From Thermocrinis minervae (lineage in GTDB: Bacteria > Aquificota > Aquificia > Aquificales > Aquificaceae), in NCBI RefSeq assembly GCF_900142435.1, contig NZ_LT670846.1, positions 438,750 to 462,749 of the forward strand: DNA of 24,000 nt. The letters are read 5' to 3'. The position numbers and the translations under genes are program-made. Below, piece by piece: positions 16,089-23,447 of the stretch (position 1 is its first letter; every line of letters begins with the position of its first letter). The notes under the pieces were generated by a model that saw nothing but the letters and a program-made list of their open reading frames with translations, was not told the origin of the DNA and made no database searches.

Positions 16089-16517
16089 ATGTTTAGCATC
16101 ACCGAGTATTTGACTGAAGAACACAGAGAATGCGACCGGATTTTTGCAGAAGCCGAAGGCTACGTAAAGGAAGAAAGATGGGAAGAGGCTCAAAAGAGCT
16201 TTGCTACATTCAAGGAAGAGACCCTTAAGCACTTCATGAGGGAAGAGGATGTTCTCTTTCCCTTGTTTGAGGCAAGGACGGGCATAATACATGGTCCTAC
16301 GCAGGTTATGAGGATGGAGCATGCACAAGCTAGGGATCTCATAGAGCGGATGGAAAAGGCTCTACAGGAGAGGGATAAAAAGAGCTTCTTTTCGATAGCG
16401 GATACCTTGATGATACTTATACAGCAGCACAACATGAAAGAAGAACAGATACTCTACCCTATGTGCGACCAGCACCTTGATCCTGCAGAGGTAATACCAA
16501 AGATGGAGAGTGTATGA
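16089..16517 (+). CDS. hemerythrin-like (HHE cation-binding) di-iron protein, RIC/YtfE-like
   Basis: Four His/Glu helices: EEHRECDRIF, LKHFMREEDVLFPLF, MRMEHAQARDL, QQHNMKEEQILYPM. The last closely resembles the E. coli YtfE motif HMMKEEQILFPM. Confidence 0.85.
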   Translation: MFSITEYLTEEHRECDRIFAEAEGYVKEERWEEAQKSFATFKEETLKHFMREEDVLFPLFEARTGIIHGPTQVMRMEHAQARDLIERMEKALQERDKKSFFSIADTLMILIQQHNMKEEQILYPMCDQHLDPAEVIPKMESV

Positions 16518-17665
16518 GGGGTCTGTCCCTCCTACAAGCTCCCCCTTTTGTCATACCCTTTACTTTCTTTGCTACAGGAGTTTCTTTTTGGTTCCTATCT
16601 TCCTTATTTGCAGTTTATTTTTCCTTTAGAGGGGGTATAAACCTACCTTTTTTGCTGCACTCTCAGACGGTACTCTTTGCCCTCTTTGTGATGTTTGGGG
16701 CCCTATTCCAGATGCTTCCTGTGGTCGTTGGAGCCGTGATAGAGAACCCTATACCAAAGGCCTTTATCTTCTACTTTCCCATGCTTCTGGGTGCCTTTAT
16801 TTTCCTTTCTGGCTTTTTTACACACAAGACTGCTATAACAAAGACTGGGGCCCTGCTGCTCTATGCCTCCGTCATGTACGGAGCTCTTCTGATGCTTTTT
16901 CATGCTCTGAAGGTAAAGAGCTACATACCTACTTCAAGGGGTATTAAGTTCTCCTTGTTCTTTCTTGTAGTGGGTGTTAGCTTTGGTGTTCTTTGGCTCT
17001 TTTTCCCTTATGACGTTAGGATCTTTAAAACTCACTATACTTTTATGCTCTTTGGTTGGGTAGGAGCTTTGATAGTTTCCGTTTCCTTCCAAGTCATAGA
17101 GATGTTCTTTACTACGGATGCCTATCCAAGAATTTTTTCCATGAACTTCCCCTACATGCTCTCTTTCTCTATGCTTTTAGCTGTGTTCATGGATGGCTTT
17201 ATCTTCAAACTTCCCCTATCTTTACTTTTCTTTACTTGGTCTTTCATGACGTTAAAAAGACTCTACACAAGGAGGAGAAAGGCTACAGACTACACCATAT
17301 ACTTTTGGTACTTGGGGCTTTTGATGCTGTGTCTTTCACTTGTTTTTTTCCTTATGGACAGGTTTATGACCTTTTTACTCCTTTTTGTTCTCTTCTTTTC
17401 CAGCATAATAGCAGCCATGCTTTACAGGATAATACCCTTTCTCGTATGGTTTCACCTTAGCAACCTCAACCCACAGAAAGCTCCACTCATGTCGGATGTG
17501 ATCAAGCCAGAGAGGATAAGGGTAAGCTTTTTCCTTCATTCTGTCTTTTGTCTTTTATGTACATTAGGTCTATTTAAATTGGCTTCTGTGGTGTTTGTAG
17601 TCTCTACCCTCTGGTTAGCCTATCATACTGTAAGAGGGGGTCTACTTTACTTTGAACTAACTTAG
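16514..17665 (+). CDS. uncharacterised polytopic membrane protein (about 11-12 TM); only loosely NnrS-like
   Basis: 383 aa. ATGA start/stop overlap with the hemerythrin gene. Recurrent motifs FQMLPVVVG / FQVIEMFFT / LYRIIPFLVWF after TM helices. Family assignment not secure. Confidence 0.6.
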   Translation: MRGLSLLQAPPFVIPFTFFATGVSFWFLSSLFAVYFSFRGGINLPFLLHSQTVLFALFVMFGALFQMLPVVVGAVIENPIPKAFIFYFPMLLGAFIFLSGFFTHKTAITKTGALLLYASVMYGALLMLFHALKVKSYIPTSRGIKFSLFFLVVGVSFGVLWLFFPYDVRIFKTHYTFMLFGWVGALIVSVSFQVIEMFFTTDAYPRIFSMNFPYMLSFSMLLAVFMDGFIFKLPLSLLFFTWSFMTLKRLYTRRRKATDYTIYFWYLGLLMLCLSLVFFLMDRFMTFLLLFVLFFSSIIAAMLYRIIPFLVWFHLSNLNPQKAPLMSDVIKPERIRVSFFLHSVFCLLCTLGLFKLASVVFVVSTLWLAYHTVRGGLLYFELT

Positions 17666-20600
17666 TCTGTCTTTTCTTGCGAGGGAGTATACGGCTGGTA
17701 TCACAAAGAGGGCTGTTAGAAAGCTGCTTATGACACCACCAAGCATGGGTATGGCTATGCGGGAGATGACTTCAGAGCCTGTTCCAGGAAGGTAGACGGC
17801 GGGTAGGAGGCCTGCCACTATTGCCAGCATGGTCATGCTCTTTGGTCTTATCCTTTTTACAGCACCTTCGTATATACCCTTTCCCTCCTCGATAGACCTC
17901 ATTATGTAGACCACCATGACTATACCCATCTCTGCAGCTATGCCCAGCAGGGCCAAGAAACCTGCTATAGAGGCAACGGAGAGCTTGTGCCCAAAGAGGT
18001 GCATGAGGATGAGGCCACCTAGCAAGGATGAGGGTAGTGTAGAGAGGACTAGAAGGGTTTCAAAGAGCCTTCCAAGACTTATGTACACAAGGACAACTAT
18101 GCTGATGAGTACGAGGGGGACGATGAGCTTAAGGTCCTCCACTGCGCTTTTCCAGTACTCCCACTGGCCGCTCCATTGGTAATAGTAGCCCTTTGGAAGA
18201 TCCACCATCTGCCTTATCCTTCTGTCTCCTTCCTCTATTACCTTGCCCAGACTGGCGTTAGGCTTTGGGGTCACGTAGACGTAGTTTACAAGTAGGCCGT
18301 TTTCCGACTTTATCTCCATGGGTCCTTCCCTTTTCTCTACCTTAGCTATGGCCTTTATGGGTACGAGCTTGTCCTTTAAGGGTAGGAAAAGGTTTTCTAT
18401 GTCCTGTCTGTAGTCCCTTGGTACTCCTAGGGTTATGGAGTATCTCTCCCTTCCACTTACGTACACAGACACTGGGCTGTTGGCCAGTAGCATTTCAACG
18501 GCTTTGGTAACTTCCTCAAGGGAGAGGCCATACATGTAGAGTTTTTCCCTGTCTGGTATTATCTCCACGTAAGTGGCACCCATTGGTCTGTCTGCGTACA
18601 CGCTCATTATGCCATCAACACCCTTAAGGGCTTGTTCTATCTGGAGGCTTAGCTCCGTTAAGGTCTGAAGGTCCTTTCCGAATACCTTTACACCCAGGGG
18701 AGTCCTTATGCCTGTGCTTATCATGTCTATTCTGCCTTTTATTGGCATGGTCCAGCTGTTTACTACTCCAGGAAGTTGGAGGGCTTTGTCCAGCTCAGCT
18801 ATGAGTCTTTCGTAGGTCATTCCCTCTCTCCATTGGCTTTCTGGCTTTAGGACTATGGTGGTCTCTATCATGGAGAGAGGAGCTGGATCTGTTGGTGTGT
18901 TTGCTCTTCCTGCCTTCCCAAAGACTGCCTCTACCTCAGGAAAGCTTTTTATGATCCTGTCCTGTAGGGTTAAAAGTCTTTGAGCTTCCTGTATGGATAT
19001 GCCGGGTGCGGTGGTGGGCATATAAAGGATTGAGCCCTCCCTCAGGTCTGGCATAAATTCCCTACCGAGCGTAACGAACAGAAGGTAAGAGGCAGGTACA
19101 GCAAAGATGGCTGCTAGCAACATGAGATACCTAAGCTTGATGGACATGTAAAACAAGGGTGTGTAGAGTTTCACCAGAAGCCTGACTATGGGGTTCCTCT
19201 CCTCGGGGATGGGCTTCTTCCTACCTAGGTAATAGATGAGGACTGGAAACACGGTGATAGAAAGTGCAGAAGCAACGAGCATAGCATAGGTTTTTGTGAG
19301 GACCAAGGGGCCGAAGAGTCTACCCGTCTGTCCCTTTAGTGCCAGCATGGGTACGAAGGAAACAGCTACCACAAGAAGGGCAAAGAATATGGGCTTTCCT
19401 ATCTCCTGCGTGGCCTCCACTAGGGCCTCAACCACTTCTTTACCCTCCTCCCTCTTCCTCGAGTATGCTTCCACGAGTACTATACCGGCATCCACCATGG
19501 TCCCTATGGCTATGGCTACACCACCTAGGGACATGATGTTGGAGTTTATCCCTGAGTGTTTCATGAGTACAAAGGTTCCAAACAGAGAAAGCACCAAGAA
19601 TAAGACTACAGAGAAGCTAAGCCCGAGGCTAAACAGGAAAAGACCCACTATGAGGACAACTATTAGGGATTCCTCTATTAACACCCTCCATAGGTGTTTT
19701 ATGGCCCTCTCTATAAGGTCTGATCTGTCGTAGACCACTACGAGCTTTACATCTTGAGGAAGTCCTGCCTGTATCTGCTGGATCTTCTTTTTCACTTCCT
19801 GTATGGTATGGTAGGCGTCCGCTCCGTACCTTATCACCACTATACCACCCACCGTGTTGCCAAGCCCGTTGTAGTCTGCTGTACCCATCCTGAGCGCTGG
19901 AGTTTCGACCACCTGGGCTACATCCCTTACCCTTATGGGTACACCGTTTACCTCCTTTATAACTGCTTCCTCTATATCCCTCTTGTCTTTTACGTACCCT
20001 CTTGCCCTTATTGAGTATTCCCTTGAGTTTATCTCCACATACTTGCCACCAGTCTCTAGGTTAGAACCATTTACAGCCCTGGCCACATCCTCAAGGGAGA
20101 TCCCATAATGCATAAGGTGTTCAGGCCTTAGTACTACCCTAAACTCTCTCTCAAAGCCTCCCACCGATGCCACCTCTGCCACGTTTGGTACGGATAGGAG
20201 GGCGTACCTCACGTAGAAGTTCTGGAGGCTCCATAGCTCATCGAGACTTCTGGTAGGAGAGTAAAGGACGTACTGAAGGACCCACCCTACACCTGTGGCG
20301 TCTGGACCAAGCTCTACCTTTGCCTGAGCTGGCAGTAAAGACCTCACGCTTGAAAGCTTTTCCAGAACCCTCGACCTTGCCCAGTATACATCTGTACCAT
20401 CTTCAAATATGACGTAGACCAAAGAGTAGTTGGGGACCGAGTAGCCCCTCACTGCCTTCACCCTTGGAAGCCCGAGCATACTGGAAACCAATGGATACGT
20501 AAGCTGGTCCTCTATCACCTGAGGTACCTGTCCCATCCATTCGGAGTAGATGATGACTTGGGTGTCTGTAAGGTCTGGTATGGCATCAAGGGGTATCTTC

Positions 20601-20692
20601 CTAAGGGAATAAAGCCCGTAGAGGAAAACTGAGACCATCATGGCCAGAATCACAAAGCGATAGCGCAGGATGGTCTCCGTCAAAGCTTTCAT
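17657..20692 (-). CDS. cusA: heavy-metal efflux RND pump, CusA (Cu(I)/Ag(I)) type
   Basis: 1011 aa. TM4 motif GGVAIAIGTMVDAGIVLVEAY is monovalent-cation HME type, not the CzcA DFGxxxDGAxxxVEN type. Met residues in ILYMPTT, APLSMIETT and GRIDMISTG align with the CusA Met573/623/672 triad as I recall it. Confidence 0.9.
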   Translation of the reverse strand: MKALTETILRYRFVILAMMVSVFLYGLYSLRKIPLDAIPDLTDTQVIIYSEWMGQVPQVIEDQLTYPLVSSMLGLPRVKAVRGYSVPNYSLVYVIFEDGTDVYWARSRVLEKLSSVRSLLPAQAKVELGPDATGVGWVLQYVLYSPTRSLDELWSLQNFYVRYALLSVPNVAEVASVGGFEREFRVVLRPEHLMHYGISLEDVARAVNGSNLETGGKYVEINSREYSIRARGYVKDKRDIEEAVIKEVNGVPIRVRDVAQVVETPALRMGTADYNGLGNTVGGIVVIRYGADAYHTIQEVKKKIQQIQAGLPQDVKLVVVYDRSDLIERAIKHLWRVLIEESLIVVLIVGLFLFSLGLSFSVVLFLVLSLFGTFVLMKHSGINSNIMSLGGVAIAIGTMVDAGIVLVEAYSRKREEGKEVVEALVEATQEIGKPIFFALLVVAVSFVPMLALKGQTGRLFGPLVLTKTYAMLVASALSITVFPVLIYYLGRKKPIPEERNPIVRLLVKLYTPLFYMSIKLRYLMLLAAIFAVPASYLLFVTLGREFMPDLREGSILYMPTTAPGISIQEAQRLLTLQDRIIKSFPEVEAVFGKAGRANTPTDPAPLSMIETTIVLKPESQWREGMTYERLIAELDKALQLPGVVNSWTMPIKGRIDMISTGIRTPLGVKVFGKDLQTLTELSLQIEQALKGVDGIMSVYADRPMGATYVEIIPDREKLYMYGLSLEEVTKAVEMLLANSPVSVYVSGRERYSITLGVPRDYRQDIENLFLPLKDKLVPIKAIAKVEKREGPMEIKSENGLLVNYVYVTPKPNASLGKVIEEGDRRIRQMVDLPKGYYYQWSGQWEYWKSAVEDLKLIVPLVLISIVVLVYISLGRLFETLLVLSTLPSSLLGGLILMHLFGHKLSVASIAGFLALLGIAAEMGIVMVVYIMRSIEEGKGIYEGAVKRIRPKSMTMLAIVAGLLPAVYLPGTGSEVISRIAIPMLGGVISSFLTALFVIPAVYSLARKDRLS

Positions 20693-20835
20693 CTGGAAAA
20701 CCTCTTGCTAGAATTTTCCTTATGGACCTTCTTCTGTACCTTTTCCTTCTTGTGATTTTTAGTCTTCTGGTGCTTTACATCGTCTACAAGTACGGGAAGT
20801 TTATGGGCGGGTAATTTAGTGATGGTGGTGTTCAT
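20689..20835 (-). CDS. candidate 48-codon small ORF bridging cusB and cusA (highly basic, Lys/His-rich); unverified
   Basis: ATG at 20835 is preceded by GGAGGAGAGGAG with a 7-nt spacer. Product: MNTTITKLPAHKLPVLVDDVKHQKTKNHKKEKVQKKVHKENSSKRFSR. Its TGA overlaps the cusA ATG (ATGA) and its start lies 20 nt inside the cusB 3' end. Confidence 0.3.
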   Translation of the reverse strand: MNTTITKLPAHKLPVLVDDVKHQKTKNHKKEKVQKKVHKENSSKRFSR

Positions 20836-22207
20836 GAGATTTCTCCTCTCCTCCATAGAGGCCCTTTATCTGTGCTTCCGAGTCTAAGAAGAAGGTGCCC
20901 TTTACTACCACCCTTTCACCTTCCGATAGTCCGTCCAGGACTTCGTAGTAGTCCTGGAACCTTCTTCCAAGCTTTATCTGCCTTGGTTCGTACATACCTT
21001 CTCCCTTTTGGACAAAGACCACCTGCCTCCTGCCCGTGTCCACTACTGCACTTTCTGGTACAGCCAAAACCCTAACAGGTTGAGTCTCAAAAATGACCTC
21101 CACGAGCTGGTTTATCTTAAGGCTCGCACCCCTTAGGCTTATCCTTGCCTTTACGGTCCTGGCCTCCTTGTCAGCCACTGGGAATATGTAATCCACCCTA
21201 CCTTCGTAAAGTTTCTCTTCACCTACGGGCTTAACGAGAACCTTCATACCCTTTTTTAGGTAGCTTGAAAACTCTAAGGGAACCTCCGCCACTACCCAAA
21301 GGTTGGAAAGGTCTACCAAGGTGTAGGCCACCTCTCCAGCCTTCAAAAATCCTCCTGGGTTTACCTTCTTCTCCAGTATGAGCCCGTTGACAGGAGAGGT
21401 TACCACCTGGCCAGCATGGAGGTAAGAGAGCTTCTCTTTTGAAAGCCTTTCTATATCTTGTCTTCCTAGGCTTTTGGCTAAGTTTAACTCCTCTTGGGCT
21501 ATTCGGACCTCTGGGCTTAGTACCTTCATAAGGGGTGTTCCCCTCTTCACAAGCTCTCCTTCAAACCTTGAGAAGGTGTCCAGTACCCAAGCGTCTGACC
21601 TTAAGGTTATCTGATGCACATGTGAAAGGTCGTAGGAAACGTATCCCACTACGGAAAAGCTCTCCGAGAGGTCCATGTATGAGACCTCGTGCGTCTGTAT
21701 GCCTATGAGCTGCATAGCTTTTGTATTCACGACTATCTGGCTTTGATCATCTACTGCTGTCCTTTGTCCTGCGAAGGGTACAGAGATGTCCTTCTTTAGA
21801 ACCTTTCCGTCTACTTGTACGAAAAGCTGCCAGGAACCTGCCATGCTTACGTTTAACGTGGCGTTGTATACTCCATCTGAGACCTTTTGTATGGTTGCGT
21901 CTTCCCTCATCTCACCCATGCCTGGCATAGGGGGCATGTACAGGTAAAGGCTCTTCAGATCTCCACCACTCACCCTAATAGTGAGGTCCTGCTTTCCTAC
22001 GTCTATGCTTCCTTTCTTAGAGAAAACCTCTACCTTTACCCCTTGATCCTCTAAAGTAAACAAGGGTGTGCCTAGGCTTTGGTCCGCAGTTCTATGTTTC
22101 AGCTGTTGGTATACGAACAGACTACCGAGAGCGATTACAAGTATCATCAAAGTCAGAAAGACCCACTTCTTTGTGCTGGTGTTTCCACCGTTTTCGCAAC
22201 ACTTCAT
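20816..22207 (-). CDS. cusB: RND efflux periplasmic adaptor (CusB-like) with N-terminal membrane anchor, Met-rich Ig-like extra domain and C-terminal His tail
   Basis: The MFP core runs from about residue 170 to the end. N-terminus MKCCENGG plus TM VFLTLMILVIALGSLFVY. An additional ~110-aa domain contains LYMPPMPGMGEM. C-terminus is EEKSHEHHHH. ATGA overlap with the cusC stop. Confidence 0.85.
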   Translation of the reverse strand: MKCCENGGNTSTKKWVFLTLMILVIALGSLFVYQQLKHRTADQSLGTPLFTLEDQGVKVEVFSKKGSIDVGKQDLTIRVSGGDLKSLYLYMPPMPGMGEMREDATIQKVSDGVYNATLNVSMAGSWQLFVQVDGKVLKKDISVPFAGQRTAVDDQSQIVVNTKAMQLIGIQTHEVSYMDLSESFSVVGYVSYDLSHVHQITLRSDAWVLDTFSRFEGELVKRGTPLMKVLSPEVRIAQEELNLAKSLGRQDIERLSKEKLSYLHAGQVVTSPVNGLILEKKVNPGGFLKAGEVAYTLVDLSNLWVVAEVPLEFSSYLKKGMKVLVKPVGEEKLYEGRVDYIFPVADKEARTVKARISLRGASLKINQLVEVIFETQPVRVLAVPESAVVDTGRRQVVFVQKGEGMYEPRQIKLGRRFQDYYEVLDGLSEGERVVVKGTFFLDSEAQIKGLYGGEEKSHEHHHH

Positions 22208-23409
22208 ATCAGCGCCTCCAAGGCAGGGTAAAGCTTCTGGATGGAGAGCTCAACCTCCAGCCTTTTCATCCTCAGGTCCCAAAGTTCTTGATAGAGTTTC
22301 ACAACATCCCTTAGGTCTGCTTTTGAATATGTGTAAGCGAGCTCAAGGGCCTTCGCTTCTGTCTCTTTCTCTTTAAGGAGGTCATCAAGGAGCTTAAGGA
22401 TCCTTTTCTTTGCCTCCAGCTGGACCTTTAGCTCGTTCATCTCCCTTATGAGTCTAAGCTGCGTATCTTTTAGCTCCTCGAGCTTGGACCTTATCTCCTC
22501 CTCCTTTGAAAGCACAGCAAGGTCTTCTTTCTTGCCCTTCCACACGGGTATGGTGAAGCCCACCCTTAGGCTTACTAGGTTATCCATGGCCGGCCTTACC
22601 ATGTACTCAAGCATGAGCTCCAGATCAGGGTAGTGTTCTACTTTTAGTCTCTGTAGTTCTGCTTTAAGCCTTTCTACTTGCGCTTTTATCCTCTCAAGGT
22701 AAGGGCTATGGGATAAGTCTTCTGTGTTCGGTGCATGGAAGTCTACCTCCTCAGGCCTTAGGTCTACCCTTTTCCCCACAAGGTAGGAGATCTCCTCCTC
22801 AAGGGTTTTCCTCTCCTCTTGAAGGCCTACTAGCATGCTCTCAAGCTCTATCCTTTTGGTCCTTGCCAGTATCACGTCTGACAGGGTGGCTTTGGCGTAC
22901 CTGTAGTTCTCCTCAGCCAGTCTTATCAGGAAGGCTGCCTCTGAGAGGTTTTTCTTCAAGAGTTCTTCTCTCTTAAAGGTGTATAGCCACTCAAGGTACT
23001 TAACCTTTAGGTCCCTTATGAGTTCCTTCTTTTCTACTTCAAGGTCTTTTCTTATCTCTTCCCTTTGGCTTTTGTAAACACTGTTCTCCAGTTGTCTTTT
23101 TATTGGAAGTGTGTACATCTGGGATATACCGATGGTGTAACCACTCATGGGTTCCTTGCTCGTGGGGTATAGCTTACTGGTGGGAAGGTTGCTAAGACCA
23201 AAGTAAAATACAGGATTCGGCAAAGACAGAGAATATTTTCCCCTTTTTATTGCTGATGACGCAAGATAATCATACCTTTTTAGTCTTGGTGAGTTTTCAA
23301 GAGCTGTATTTATTAGCTCTTCCAGCTGTCCTGCATACGAAATTCCCAAGAATAATAGTACTAAAAGCAGCATGTAATATATACTTGTGTTTTTGAAATT
23401 TGGATTCAA
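22204..23409 (-). CDS. cusC: TolC/CusC-family outer membrane efflux protein
   Basis: 401 aa with a signal-like N-terminus (MLLLVLLFLGISYA). Long coiled-coil repeats and LINTALENSPRLK are typical of OEP proteins. Start is TTG 23409 or ATG 23373. Confidence 0.8.
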   Translation of the reverse strand: MNPNFKNTSIYYMLLLVLLFLGISYAGQLEELINTALENSPRLKRYDYLASSAIKRGKYSLSLPNPVFYFGLSNLPTSKLYPTSKEPMSGYTIGISQMYTLPIKRQLENSVYKSQREEIRKDLEVEKKELIRDLKVKYLEWLYTFKREELLKKNLSEAAFLIRLAEENYRYAKATLSDVILARTKRIELESMLVGLQEERKTLEEEISYLVGKRVDLRPEEVDFHAPNTEDLSHSPYLERIKAQVERLKAELQRLKVEHYPDLELMLEYMVRPAMDNLVSLRVGFTIPVWKGKKEDLAVLSKEEEIRSKLEELKDTQLRLIREMNELKVQLEAKKRILKLLDDLLKEKETEAKALELAYTYSKADLRDVVKLYQELWDLRMKRLEVELSIQKLYPALEALI

Positions 23410-23447
23410 GTCTTTTATTTAACGCAAAGATAAAGTAAAATTTTGTT

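Noticed and set aside
16008-16328. Minus-strand 106-aa ORF spanning the PP2C/hemerythrin intergenic region
   Set aside because: It runs antisense through the hemerythrin gene, its promoter and its SD. It has no motif, and its frame is explained by the opposite-strand coding bias.
17056-17460. Alternative-frame 134-aa ORF inside the polytopic membrane protein gene
   Set aside because: It is same-strand and out of frame within a continuous 383-aa hydrophobic ORF. There is no independent start signal.
16514-17665. Calling the 383-aa membrane protein NnrS
   Set aside because: The context (RIC-like hemerythrin) and the TM number fit, but the conserved His-containing NnrS motifs are not evident by eye. 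I kept it as uncharacterised, with NnrS only as a hypothesis to test.
19296-19733. Plus-strand 145-aa and 65-aa ORFs antisense to cusA, and similar ORFs antisense to fabF, aroC, cusB and cusC
   Set aside because: These are typical shadow ORFs opposite long genes with strong homology. The products are Ser/Thr/Pro/Arg-rich with no motifs.
20816-20833. C-terminal HEHHHH of the adaptor as a possible engineered His-tag or cloning artefact
   Set aside because: There are only four consecutive His, preceded by native-looking EEKSHE. There is no vector, linker or protease-site sequence, and the operon context is intact. His-rich tails are common in natural metal-handling proteins.
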